NCBI GenBank assembly: GCA_050633305.1
Contig: JBOEGF010000004.1
Span: 287,929 to 351,928 of the forward strand
Length of the DNA: 64,000 nt
Direction of reading: 5' to 3'
DNA from: Nannocystales bacterium
GTDB lineage: Bacteria > Myxococcota_A > Polyangia > Nannocystales > Nannocystaceae
The notes under the pieces are model-generated. The model saw only the letters and a list, made by a program, of their open reading frames with translations. It was not told where the DNA came from and did not search any database. Each line of letters opens with the position of its first letter. Position 1 is the stretch's first letter. Shown one piece after another: positions 9,308-18,847 of this stretch. Both the position numbers and the translations under genes were made by a program.

Positions 9308-10549
9308 GTGAACCGGGACAAGTTGGCGGCCATTTCGTTGTCTGTGCTGATACTCGGAGGCTGTTCAGGAAGCGGCGAGAACGGGGCCGCTGCTACGCAG
9401 AGCGACGGCGCGGGCACCGAGGGTACGGGCGGCGGCACGGCGGGGTCCGACACAAACGAGAGCGCTGGACCCCACAGCGCAACGGGGTCTGCTGGTGGGG
9501 GGCCGGTGGACCCCGATCCCGGGACGGAAGGAGACTCGGGCGCAGGGAGTGAAGACACCGGGAATCCCGGCGGAACGGGCGCGGATCCACAGACCCTCGC
9601 CGAGATGTACCCCGGCGACGTCGGGATCGGGTCCGACCCGGCCGTCTTGCTCCACGACGATTTCGAGTCAGGCTGGGGCCGATGGGATGCCCCCAACGCG
9701 GATACCACGTACCTCTCCGTCCTGACCGACGTGGGCCTTGCCAATGCGGGCGAGGCATTCTTGCAGTCCCGGGTGACCCGGGAGCACCTGGATGAGACCC
9801 AATACATCTCGGCCTCGCCGCGCTTTGCCTTCGAGCAGGTGGAGGAAGTGTTCTGGCGGTTCCACGTCCAGTTCCCCGAAGTTGCACCCAAACCCCACCA
9901 CTGGGTGAGAGTGGCCGCTGGCAACGACGAATACAACAGCTCGGGACTTGCCAATACCGTGCCTGGCGGGGATCAGGGATTCTGGTTCGATCTGGACGTT
10001 ACCAACAGCGACGTCCTCAATTTTTATAGCTACTGGCACGAAATGCGGTCGGGTCGTTGCAACGACGGGTCCGCAACGCCCGGGTGTGACGGGGATCAGG
10101 GGTCGACCTACTATTACGGGAACGTCTTTCAGCCCAATGCGCAAGAGTCACTGCCAATTGGTGAGTGGGCTTGCATCGAGATCCATGCAAAGGCAAACGC
10201 GGCAGGCGAATACGACGGATCACTCGCGTTCTACGTCAACGACGAACTCGTCGGGGACTACAGAGAAGGCAACCCGATCGGAACGTGGCTGCGCGCAACG
10301 TTTCATGAGGATGGGTGCGAGTTTTCTGCGTGCACCGATCCTGCACCGTTTGAGGGCTTCAACTTCCGTACCTCTGAAGCGGTGGGGTTCAAGGGCGTCT
10401 TCCTCGACTCATACTATCAACGAGACACGTATGAGAACAAACGCCAGTATCTCCTGGACCAGGGCCTCACGCCCTCCGAAGAGCAGACGATCTACTACGA
10501 CGATGTTGTCGTCGCGACCACGCGAATCGGTTGCCGCCAGGAGGCGTGA
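9308..10549 (+). CDS. Lipoprotein with concanavalin A/polysaccharide-lyase-like jelly-roll domain
   Basis: Lipobox LGGC, Gly/Thr linker, YPGDVGIGSDPAVLLHDDFESG, GEWACIEIHAKAN..DGSLAFYVN and YYDDVVVATTRIGC. GTG start inferred. Confidence 0.65.
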   Translation: MNRDKLAAISLSVLILGGCSGSGENGAAATQSDGAGTEGTGGGTAGSDTNESAGPHSATGSAGGGPVDPDPGTEGDSGAGSEDTGNPGGTGADPQTLAEMYPGDVGIGSDPAVLLHDDFESGWGRWDAPNADTTYLSVLTDVGLANAGEAFLQSRVTREHLDETQYISASPRFAFEQVEEVFWRFHVQFPEVAPKPHHWVRVAAGNDEYNSSGLANTVPGGDQGFWFDLDVTNSDVLNFYSYWHEMRSGRCNDGSATPGCDGDQGSTYYYGNVFQPNAQESLPIGEWACIEIHAKANAAGEYDGSLAFYVNDELVGDYREGNPIGTWLRATFHEDGCEFSACTDPAPFEGFNFRTSEAVGFKGVFLDSYYQRDTYENKRQYLLDQGLTPSEEQTIYYDDVVVATTRIGCRQEA

Positions 10550-10736
10550 GACGGCCGAGCGCGCCGAGTGCCGTGCTTTCGCGTTGCCGATCACCGAGAG
10601 CAGGATTCAAGGTGCGCCCAGCGAACCGGTTTGTCTCCCATGCTGGTGTAAGCCGGAGAGTGCCCTTTGTATTCCGGTCGAATCCCCGCGCGGAGCGGCG
10701 ACGGAGTTGTGACGCCCTCCCCCTGGCGGAACGGCG

Positions 10737-12914
10737 TCACAACTCCGTGAGCACCTGCAGGAGCGCATCGTAGTCGCCCCCTGGCCCGTTCGCGCGGTCG
10801 CTGGCGTCCTGGAACAAGTACGCGGGGTCCCCCTCCTCCACCGATTCGGGGTCCTCGGACTGCAGGTCGGTGACCCGCAGGTACGCGGAGGTGTCTTCGA
10901 GGAGCGTGCCCGTGGGGTTCTCGAGGAGGTCACCCACGCCATATTCAAAGGCGTACTCGGCGTTGGGCAGGAACTCGCTCCATTCCAGGCCCAAGTCCGC
11001 GCCGTCGTACCAAAATCCCTTGTACCAACTCTTGTTGTTGGGCCCGGTCCACGACTGGCCCTGAAGCAACAACTGACCATTGTGTCGAGAGATGCCCTTA
11101 ACGCTTTGGAAGCCGACCTCCTCGGTGCCCTTGCCCGTGTAGTACACCGCGCTCCAGTCGAGCTCCCCCTCGGGGCTGACTTTGAGCAACGCGGCTTCTC
11201 CGAACGGAGACAGCCCGGCAACGTGCGTGGAACCGCCTGCGTACAGCGAGCCGTCGATATACTCGATCACTTGGGCTCGTGTCCTCGAGGAGGGGTTGCC
11301 GACGAGTTGTCGATTCCAGACCGCACTGCCGTCCGTGTCCAGGCAGAACATGTGGAACTGGTTCTGAGTACTGGTGCCACGGGCGAGGCCGCAAACGTTG
11401 CCTTCGGCCATGGTCATCGAACGGACCCGTCCACCTGTGAATGCGGTGTCGATGCGCTGGTTCCACTCCAGCGTGAGACTGGCGCCGTCCAGCCCGGAGA
11501 ATCCGGCTACGAAGGCCCGGGCCCCCTTCCCCCCCAAGTACAGTGAGTCGCCGTCGACGGCCATCGAGAGCGCCTCCTGGGAGCCCCCAGAGTCGATCTG
11601 GAAGATGTGGCTGAGAATGAGGTCTCCGCTCTCCGCGTCGAGCACCACAATGGGGATACCGGCTCCGACCTCGTTGCCTCCACCGCTCGCACCACTGAGG
11701 ATGACCTTGCCGTCGACCACCATCATGGTCTGAAAGTCGGCCTCGTCGTTGGCCTGCGCCGGGAATGCTGAGTCTGCAACCCACCCGCGGGACCACAGCA
11801 CATTTCCGTCGGAGTCCATCTTCACGACGTTGGCTCGTGTCATGTCGGAGTTGGCAGACGTCCCAACGTTCGTGATGATGAACAGATTGTCATCATCATC
11901 GAGCGCGACGACGGACGAGGTGCCGAAGTCTCCGGTTTCGTCGGAGACCTGCAGGATCTTTGCATCGACGTCTGCATCACCGTCGCGGCCTTCGAGCAGC
12001 TTGAAGTAGCCCCAGGTCCCGTCTCCGTTTCGCTTGGCGATCGCGGTCGCCTCTGCGAACCCGCCCGGACCCACGTTTCGTCCGATCGAATACACGGCGC
12101 CGGTGCTGTCCACGATACCCGGCTCGTGTTTCTCGTTGCTCGAGGCACCGACCACTTGACCTTCGAGGTTGGTCATCGCCCCGAAGCGGACATCTTCGTC
12201 GAGCGTGAACGAGGGCGAGAAGTTGAGCAGAGGGTCCTCAGAGCCCCGACCGGTGAAGTTGACGAGGTAGTCCTCACCTCCCTCCGTCGACAACACCAAG
12301 CAGGCGGTGCGGTCTCCACTTGCGGCGGGTTTGAACTCCACCGTGAACGACAGCGGGTTGTCGGCCGTGATCGTCTGCCCCACGTACTCCTCCTCCGACA
12401 GCAGTGAACCGGAGAAGTCGGCGTCGCTGAGCAGCGACCACTCCAGCGCCTCCCCGTCGCCGGTCGGCACCACCTGAAGAGCGGTGACGGTGACCGGGTC
12501 CTCGCCAGCGAGGAACGCGACCCCGTCTTGAAACATCGAGAACACGGCGACGCTCGCGGTGTCGTTTCCGCCGAACTGGTAGGTGCTGCAGTGGGCGAAA
12601 GAGTCGGCTCCCGCGCCACGTTGGAAGTCCAGTCCCGCGGGCGGTGAGCCTTCGTTGTTCCCGCAGACCTCGGCGCAAGGGTTCCCAACGATGGGCCCCC
12701 CACCGCTCTCGCCGCCCTCGCTCGACGAGTCCAGACCCGTCTCGTCCGTGTCGGTGCTCGAAGTTTCAGGACCTGTGCTCGATGCCGCGGTGCCGTCGGT
12801 TCCTGCGTCTGCGGCCTCGTCCCCGCCTGAGGATGGGTCGCACCCCAGGAGGCCGACTCCCAGGAGCAGACTGGCTGCGTACGCGGATGCATGGGAAAGG
12901 TGAACCGGAGTCAT
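10737..12914 (-). CDS. Lipoprotein with Ig-like domain and beta-propeller repeats
   Basis: Lipobox LLGC, acidic linker, FTVEFKPAASGDRTACLVL..FTGRG, and repeated (K)xDxDGxxxW and DGxLYxGG blades. Confidence 0.75.
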   Translation of the reverse strand: MTPVHLSHASAYAASLLLGVGLLGCDPSSGGDEAADAGTDGTAASSTGPETSSTDTDETGLDSSSEGGESGGGPIVGNPCAEVCGNNEGSPPAGLDFQRGAGADSFAHCSTYQFGGNDTASVAVFSMFQDGVAFLAGEDPVTVTALQVVPTGDGEALEWSLLSDADFSGSLLSEEEYVGQTITADNPLSFTVEFKPAASGDRTACLVLSTEGGEDYLVNFTGRGSEDPLLNFSPSFTLDEDVRFGAMTNLEGQVVGASSNEKHEPGIVDSTGAVYSIGRNVGPGGFAEATAIAKRNGDGTWGYFKLLEGRDGDADVDAKILQVSDETGDFGTSSVVALDDDDNLFIITNVGTSANSDMTRANVVKMDSDGNVLWSRGWVADSAFPAQANDEADFQTMMVVDGKVILSGASGGGNEVGAGIPIVVLDAESGDLILSHIFQIDSGGSQEALSMAVDGDSLYLGGKGARAFVAGFSGLDGASLTLEWNQRIDTAFTGGRVRSMTMAEGNVCGLARGTSTQNQFHMFCLDTDGSAVWNRQLVGNPSSRTRAQVIEYIDGSLYAGGSTHVAGLSPFGEAALLKVSPEGELDWSAVYYTGKGTEEVGFQSVKGISRHNGQLLLQGQSWTGPNNKSWYKGFWYDGADLGLEWSEFLPNAEYAFEYGVGDLLENPTGTLLEDTSAYLRVTDLQSEDPESVEEGDPAYLFQDASDRANGPGGDYDALLQVLTEL

Positions 12915-13101
12915 CGATTCCCCTAACGACGACACAGGCCCGAATCCCTCACCCGAAGCGGCTTATGGGGGAATGCTGGAGCACGATCCAGCTCGAGGTG
13001 GCGCCACGGACTCGTACTGAAGACGAGCTACTGCGTCGCTTGTGCCATCGGACCACCCAGATGTGGCCTGGGTCCTCCGCGTCATCGACAAGCCGGGGCG
13101 T

Positions 13102-14106
13102 CTAGACGCGACCGTTGGGCGTCCACCAAAACTCGTCACCAACAGCCACCACAGTTCGGATGCTCGGACTCGGCACGACCTCCTTGATACGCGCGCCGGC
13201 TTCAAAAACGAGTATGCTGGCGTGCAGTCCCGACTCGCATGGCGTGTGCTGGCAGGGGGTCGAGATCACCGCAACACGGTCCGACGTCGCGTCGAGACCC
13301 TGGATCGGATGGGCGACTTCCGCGGCGATCGTCGGTTTGCCTCCCGACTTGCTGACTTCCATAACCACGAACCGTTGCTCGGACTGGAACCGGTTCTCGG
13401 CGACGAGGACGCTCTGCCCTCGGGCGGTCAGGTTCGCCTCGAGCGCGGCTTCGTACAACACCTCAGTCGGTCCGCCGGATTTCGGTTTTCGCCGCAACTC
13501 CCCACTGAGGAGTGTGACCCAGTAGACGTGGGTGCGATCGACGGCGAATCCTCCGAGCGGATCGTCGTCTTTGCTCGCCTCGACGACTGCCTCTTCGTCA
13601 CCACCCGTCTTGGGGACGCGCCAAAGACTCGCTTCTTCACGCTCAATGTAGACGTGGGTTGCGTCGACGTGCAGCTCGGTGATGACATCGGGCGTGGCGT
13701 AGAGAAGCTCAGCGCCGCCCCCCTCGACTTCCATTCGGTGGACGCCGTCGTCCTCGGCCCAGTAGACGCCGCCGCTGTCTACGGCGAGATGGCCAGCCTC
13801 TCTGCTGACTTGACCGAGCTTCGTTTGCCCCTCCCCACCCACCTCCTGGCGCATGATCAAACTCCGTTGGCCCTCCGCCCGAAGCCAGTACAGCCGTGTA
13901 CCGTCCGTCGTCAGCGCGATGATTCTCTCTGACGCCTCAGGCTTGGTTTCTGCTGGCTCTGGGCGCCAGTCTTCGGGCGGTGCGGGCGTGGCGTGATCCG
14001 CCCGGGGTGTCGGCGGAGGGCTTGGTTCACCACAGCCTGCGAGCAGCGCTGCCAAAACCCCGGCCGATGCCGCGGAGCCTGCAAAACGGAACCAGATCTG
14101 CGCCAT
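13102..14106 (-). CDS. Lipoprotein with beta-propeller repeats (DUF5050-like)
   Basis: Lipobox LAGC, Pro-rich linker, repeats LAVDSGGVYW / LHVDATHVYI / FAVDRTHVYW followed by PKxGG. Confidence 0.75.
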   Translation of the reverse strand: MAQIWFRFAGSAASAGVLAALLAGCGEPSPPPTPRADHATPAPPEDWRPEPAETKPEASERIIALTTDGTRLYWLRAEGQRSLIMRQEVGGEGQTKLGQVSREAGHLAVDSGGVYWAEDDGVHRMEVEGGGAELLYATPDVITELHVDATHVYIEREEASLWRVPKTGGDEEAVVEASKDDDPLGGFAVDRTHVYWVTLLSGELRRKPKSGGPTEVLYEAALEANLTARGQSVLVAENRFQSEQRFVVMEVSKSGGKPTIAAEVAHPIQGLDATSDRVAVISTPCQHTPCESGLHASILVFEAGARIKEVVPSPSIRTVVAVGDEFWWTPNGRV

Positions 14107-14252
14107 GCGCAAACGGTACAACATGCGTGCGTGGCGAAGCGCTCCGCCGACCCCCCGCCAATCGATACGGTCGCGCGTGAACACCCGGCCGCCGTCCACC
14201 CACCCGCGTCGTCTCGCCGTTGGCCCTCGACTGGCCCAGATGCGAGCCCCCC

Positions 14253-14615
14253 TTAGCCGACTGCTCGGACGATGTCGGCCCTCAGTCCCTCGACGATCTC
14301 GGCGACGGCGGTGCGGTCGCCGGGCTCGATACCCGCTTCGTCCAGGGTCTCGTCCAGCAAGAGCGCAACGAGGTCGTAGTCGTCATCGCTGATGTTCAGG
14401 CCACGATGCGCGGCGCGTAGCGTAGACCCCTTGTACTCCCCAGGACCGCCCAACGCTTTGCAGAAGAACTGGGTCTGGTGGGTCAGTAGCCGGTTCATAT
14501 CGGTGCCGACGAAGAAGCGCGCGAGGTCAGACGCGAGGACCCGGTCGTAGAAATCAAGGACGATCGTGTTCACGGTCGCGAAACCGCCGTACTTCTCGAA
14601 CAAAGACACCGTCAT
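14253..14615 (-). CDS. Group I truncated (2/2) hemoglobin
   Basis: 120 aa with LFEKYGG, FYDRVL, HQTQFF..ALGGP..YKG and proximal His in RAAH. Confidence 0.9.
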   Translation of the reverse strand: MTVSLFEKYGGFATVNTIVLDFYDRVLASDLARFFVGTDMNRLLTHQTQFFCKALGGPGEYKGSTLRAAHRGLNISDDDYDLVALLLDETLDEAGIEPGDRTAVAEIVEGLRADIVRAVG

Positions 14616-14970
14616 CCGTAGGTCTGTGAGGCGAAACCCGTCCCCCTGCCCGGCCAAATCTGGGACACCGGCCCCGACCACTCGTGCTCAGTCTGCCTAG
14701 TGCGCGGCCCAGGGCACCGCGTCGCGCTGGTCCGGGTCGATCGTGAGCGTGCCACCCAGCATTTCGCAGGTACGACGATGAGGCCGCCACTCGACTGCCG
14801 ACATCGTCAAGCATCTCCAGATGCCGCCAAGGGCACGTCCGCGTGTCCAGAACCGATTGACGCCTTCCGGCGCGCAAGTCACGTTCCGTGGTTGCTTGGA
14901 CCGTGGAGAAAAAACATGCGGACTCCGGAGTCCGCCACTCATCCTCGGGACCACAGGGGTCGTCCGTCCA

Positions 14971-17451
14971 TTACGGGATCCAGGACCACACCTGCAGTTC
15001 GACGAAACGGAACAGTTCCTGGGAGAAAGCCTCCCAGACGAGCAACGACGGCCCATCGAGCTTCGCATAGCCGCTCATACCGTTCTTGAGTCTTCCCTCG
15101 GGGTCGTCGAGCTTGGCGAGGACCTTGATGACGTTGCCGAAGGTCTTCTCGCTGACCACCCAATCGATCTGCACCACCGTCCCTGTGAAGACCTCAGAGC
15201 TGTACGCGATCGAGCGCAGCCGTACGCGTGAACCGACCTCCACGTGCTCGGCCTCGGACTCCGGGATCTCTATCTCCGCGGTCATCTGGCCCGACGCCTC
15301 GGCCATCGCGAACACTTCGCCCTGCGTGTAGTAGCTGTTCCCCTTCTCCCGGAGGAACATGGTCAGCAGTCGCCCGTCGAAGGGCATCAGCAACTCGCTG
15401 CGGCGGATGCGGTCGACGTACGCGTCTCGTTCGGCGTTCAACGTGGCCAGCTTGGCCTCGGCTTCCGCAACTTCGTACGGGGTCGGCCCCAGCCGCGCAA
15501 CGGCGAGCTCGGCTCCCCGTTCGGACTTCTGTTGCTCATCCACCGCGACCTGCCGCAACGCGTCGTCGAGCTCTTCCGTCCCGACAACCCCCTGCTTGGC
15601 GAGAGACTCAACGCGCTTGAGCTGGATCCGACTGTACTTGGTGCGGGTCTTCTCCACGTCCAACGCCATCTTCGCGACGCGGACGTCTTCGGGACGAGGA
15701 AGGGCCGCAAGGTCGTCGAGGACGGCTCGCTGCTCGTCGATCTTCTTGTCGAGAATCGCGATCTGGGCCTGAGCGTCGTCGTTGGCCAGACGTGCGACGA
15801 CGGTGCCTTTGGCGACCTCCTCTCCTCCGTCGAAGTAGACCTGTGCGATCCGCCCCGAGACGTCGGTTGTGACCTCCTGCTGGAGGCTCGGATGGACCAC
15901 GAACTCGCCGCCGGGTTGGTATGGATAGGGCAAGAACATCACGACGAAGAACGTGATGGTCGACGCTCGCCACACGTACGCCGCGAACGTCTTCGGAGCC
16001 GGAACCTCGGGATCCGGCTCGTCTTCGTGGTGGACCCGCCGACGCCAGCGGTCGAACTGCACGGAGCGGTCGTAGGCCGCCTCAATGCGCCGCCCGTAGT
16101 TGACCATTCTCCGAATCAGCACGAATCCGACGACGGTCGCCACGATGATCGCGCTCCCGCCCAGTTGGAGCCGGTGCAGGACCGTCGCGATGAACACCGC
16201 TGCCCCGACCGCCAAGCTGAAGATGAAGACCGCGGTGACCACGGCGTATCCCACCAGCAGCAGTTCGTTGGCCTCCTGGAACACGCCGCCGCGGATCTTG
16301 CTGAGGAGCGTCTTGAACGCTTTTCCCCGCAACCGCGGCTCGTCCGAGAACGCACAGACCAGGTGGTAACCGCTGCCTTTGAGCAGCGGGTTGGCCGTGA
16401 ACAGAAAACTGACCACCCCGGTCATCGATACGGCAAGCGCCAAGCTGGCAAGGTCCGGGTGCGAGCCTCGGACCAGGTACCACAGGAAGATGCTGGCATC
16501 GAACAGCACGAGCCGGGCGATCAGCGGCGCGGCGTGTAGCCACATCCGCTCGGTTCGCGAGAGCTGGTCGACGTAGCCGACCCGGATCACGAATCGTGGA
16601 TAGACACGCATCACCAGCGCAAGACCGAAACCGTGCACGGTGGCTCGGAAGCGATGGGCCGCAGTGGCGGTGGTCCAGACCGCGCAAAGGTTGACCGTGA
16701 GGAGGCTGATGAGCCAGCGGTCGAACAGGTCCATCCCCCCGAGGAGGAGTCTCAGGTCATGCTCCAAAGCAGGCCGTTCCTGAGCGATCAGCGCGAACGC
16801 AGCGAGCAGCGTCAACGGCAGAAGCACGGTGACGAACCGCAGCGGGGCGAGCAGCGGAGACAGCCAGCGAAGCAGGAACGTCGGATTGAAGAACGTGACG
16901 GACCAGGGCGTCGTGCGGGCGTCGAAGTCCACCGCATCCTGCATTCCCGCCGGGAGAGTCTCGTCGGCCGCCGGAGAGTTGGCCGGAGCAGTCGGCCGCA
17001 CCGCGCTGGCGGCCGCATCTTTGCTTGCCGCCGCAACCGGAGTGCCCGACTCTTCTGCGGCATCCGAATGACGACGAACGACCGCCTCCCCTTCGACCAC
17101 ATCGTAGGTCTTCTTGGTGAAGCGTGAGAGCAGCGGGTGCGACCCCGCGGCATCGTTGAAGAGCCCCGCGTCAGCGAGCGCACCGAAGAACCCATTGAGC
17201 TGTTTGCGAGTGGGGCGCTGTCCGAACCGGTCCTCGAACACCGTGGCCAGCTTCGTCTCATCCTCGCAGCCGGGGAGCACCTCCAACGTGAAGAACTGCC
17301 ACGGCTCGAAGTCGTGACTAGTGCCTCGGACGGTGTCGCGAACGACATAGCTCAGCGAGGCCCCCTTCCCCAGGCGGTAGGACATCAAGCGCTGGTGAAG
17401 AAACGCAGGGGTCGCGACGCGTTTGGGCGGGGTTTGTTGCTGCTCGGTCAT
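14971..17451 (-). CDS. Fusion: N-terminal small domain, degenerate M50-peptidase-like multi-TM domain, HlyD-family membrane fusion protein
   Basis: Several TM helices, NPLLKGSGY, lipoyl-like half-motifs (DVSGRIAQVYFDGGEEVAKGTVVARL; MPFDGRL), coiled coil and beta-barrel ending LKNGMSGYAKL. Confidence 0.85.
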   Translation of the reverse strand: MTEQQQTPPKRVATPAFLHQRLMSYRLGKGASLSYVVRDTVRGTSHDFEPWQFFTLEVLPGCEDETKLATVFEDRFGQRPTRKQLNGFFGALADAGLFNDAAGSHPLLSRFTKKTYDVVEGEAVVRRHSDAAEESGTPVAAASKDAAASAVRPTAPANSPAADETLPAGMQDAVDFDARTTPWSVTFFNPTFLLRWLSPLLAPLRFVTVLLPLTLLAAFALIAQERPALEHDLRLLLGGMDLFDRWLISLLTVNLCAVWTTATAAHRFRATVHGFGLALVMRVYPRFVIRVGYVDQLSRTERMWLHAAPLIARLVLFDASIFLWYLVRGSHPDLASLALAVSMTGVVSFLFTANPLLKGSGYHLVCAFSDEPRLRGKAFKTLLSKIRGGVFQEANELLLVGYAVVTAVFIFSLAVGAAVFIATVLHRLQLGGSAIIVATVVGFVLIRRMVNYGRRIEAAYDRSVQFDRWRRRVHHEDEPDPEVPAPKTFAAYVWRASTITFFVVMFLPYPYQPGGEFVVHPSLQQEVTTDVSGRIAQVYFDGGEEVAKGTVVARLANDDAQAQIAILDKKIDEQRAVLDDLAALPRPEDVRVAKMALDVEKTRTKYSRIQLKRVESLAKQGVVGTEELDDALRQVAVDEQQKSERGAELAVARLGPTPYEVAEAEAKLATLNAERDAYVDRIRRSELLMPFDGRLLTMFLREKGNSYYTQGEVFAMAEASGQMTAEIEIPESEAEHVEVGSRVRLRSIAYSSEVFTGTVVQIDWVVSEKTFGNVIKVLAKLDDPEGRLKNGMSGYAKLDGPSLLVWEAFSQELFRFVELQVWSWIP

Positions 17452-17487
17452 GGCTTGCGCTCCCTTTCGTGGAGGTCGTTTCTGGGC

Positions 17488-17916
17488 TCACTCTTGTTCA
17501 TCGAGCGGGTTCCGCCCCAGTGACTCGAAGGCGTAGTCTTCGATCTCTTTGATCTTGGTGTAGCGGTTGCGAAGCTCGCCCAGCACGGCCTCGAACCATC
17601 GGACCTGGTATTCGATGTTGCGCCGCTGAGCGACGATGTCCTCGAGAGGGGCGTTTCGTGGCGGCAGGCCGTGTTCGTCGAAGAGGAACTTGATGCCCTC
17701 GATGAGCTGGCGGTTCGTATTGAGGTGCTCGACCTGCTTTTCCAGGAACTTCTTGACCTTCTTGGCCTTGAACTCCCGGATGACGGCGAGTCGCAGCGCA
17801 CGCTGCCGTGGCGTGAGCGACTCGAGGTCTGGATGTGTGGTGACCGGACTCCCCTGAACCGGTCCCAGCTTCGTCCGCGTCCCGACGGGCGGCGCGTCGT
17901 CGTCTCGCTCACTCAT
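17488..17916 (-). CDS. Small helical/coiled-coil hypothetical protein
   Basis: 142 aa from MSERDDD; ATGA overlap with the sulfotransferase stop; charged amphipathic helices. Confidence 0.75.
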   Translation of the reverse strand: MSERDDDAPPVGTRTKLGPVQGSPVTTHPDLESLTPRQRALRLAVIREFKAKKVKKFLEKQVEHLNTNRQLIEGIKFLFDEHGLPPRNAPLEDIVAQRRNIEYQVRWFEAVLGELRNRYTKIKEIEDYAFESLGRNPLDEQE

Positions 17917-18821
17917 GAGTAGCCGAACTCCTCTGCCAGAGCGACCACACGGGGGTGCAGGCCGCGGCCGTCGTCGCGCCAAGGAACGGGCTCGTCAAGC
18001 CGAGGCACCTTGACCTTGTGTGGTCGGAAGGTGGGCCCGCGAAGGAAGTTCGGGTCATTGCCGAACAACGCGGTCAGTGGACCAAAGCACGCGAACGGCG
18101 ATCGTTCCGGGTGCATCATCTCGTCCACCGCCTCGGCATCGTCGCGCAGGCCCAGCCAGTTGCAGACCCGGGCGAGTTGCACGGGAGGGTCGGACATGAC
18201 CTTCTCGCCTTGGAGTCGTAGTTTCCGTTCCGCAGGAATGGTGTCGAGGAAGTTCAGAATGTTGATATTGAGGTCGTGCCAGGCGAACTGCGGCTCGACC
18301 ATTGCGCGGTCATCCTGAAACTCGATCGAGTTTGCAAAGAGGGCGAATGCCCCCTCGTTCATCTTCATGACGGACTTGCACTGCCCCACCGGGTGTCGCG
18401 TCAGGTGGACATACCGGGCGTTGGGGAACGCCTCTCGGATCCGCAACAGCCGCTCGATGTCGATGGTGTACGACGGCGACTTCTCGACCGTCATCAGCGG
18501 GTCGACAGCGTCGACGATCTCCCGATAGACCTGGGCCGTGGTGTCCTCCTGCCGGGCCGCCGCCCAGTGGCCTGCCATGGCTACAGTCGCGCGGGTCTGC
18601 TCTCCCCCGTAGATTTCAGCCACCGCGCGCAGCAAGCCTTGTCGGGCCTGAGAGGCGTTGCTGATCTCATCCGTGTTCCGCACCCACATGTCCTTGAGGA
18701 TTTGCCCGTTGAACAGGCACAGCTCCGGCAGACCGTAGGCCTGGGGATGCTGGCCCAACATCGCATTGATGAGCGAGGTGTACGAGCGCGGGGGCGCAAG
18801 CAGAAACAACGGGGCGGCCAT
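17913..18821 (-). CDS. PAPS-dependent sulfotransferase
   Basis: 5'-PSB-like loop APPRSYTS followed by LGQHP..PEL, EKSPSY, and 3'-PB-like HLTRHP..S. Confidence 0.88.
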   Translation of the reverse strand: MAAPLFLLAPPRSYTSLINAMLGQHPQAYGLPELCLFNGQILKDMWVRNTDEISNASQARQGLLRAVAEIYGGEQTRATVAMAGHWAAARQEDTTAQVYREIVDAVDPLMTVEKSPSYTIDIERLLRIREAFPNARYVHLTRHPVGQCKSVMKMNEGAFALFANSIEFQDDRAMVEPQFAWHDLNINILNFLDTIPAERKLRLQGEKVMSDPPVQLARVCNWLGLRDDAEAVDEMMHPERSPFACFGPLTALFGNDPNFLRGPTFRPHKVKVPRLDEPVPWRDDGRGLHPRVVALAEEFGYS

Positions 18822-18847
18822 CGGGGAGACTCGTCTCGGTACGTATC

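Noticed and set aside
14971..17451. RiPP protease/exporter
   Set aside because: Zinc ligands appear absent, and no precursor peptide or RiPP maturase is visible nearby.
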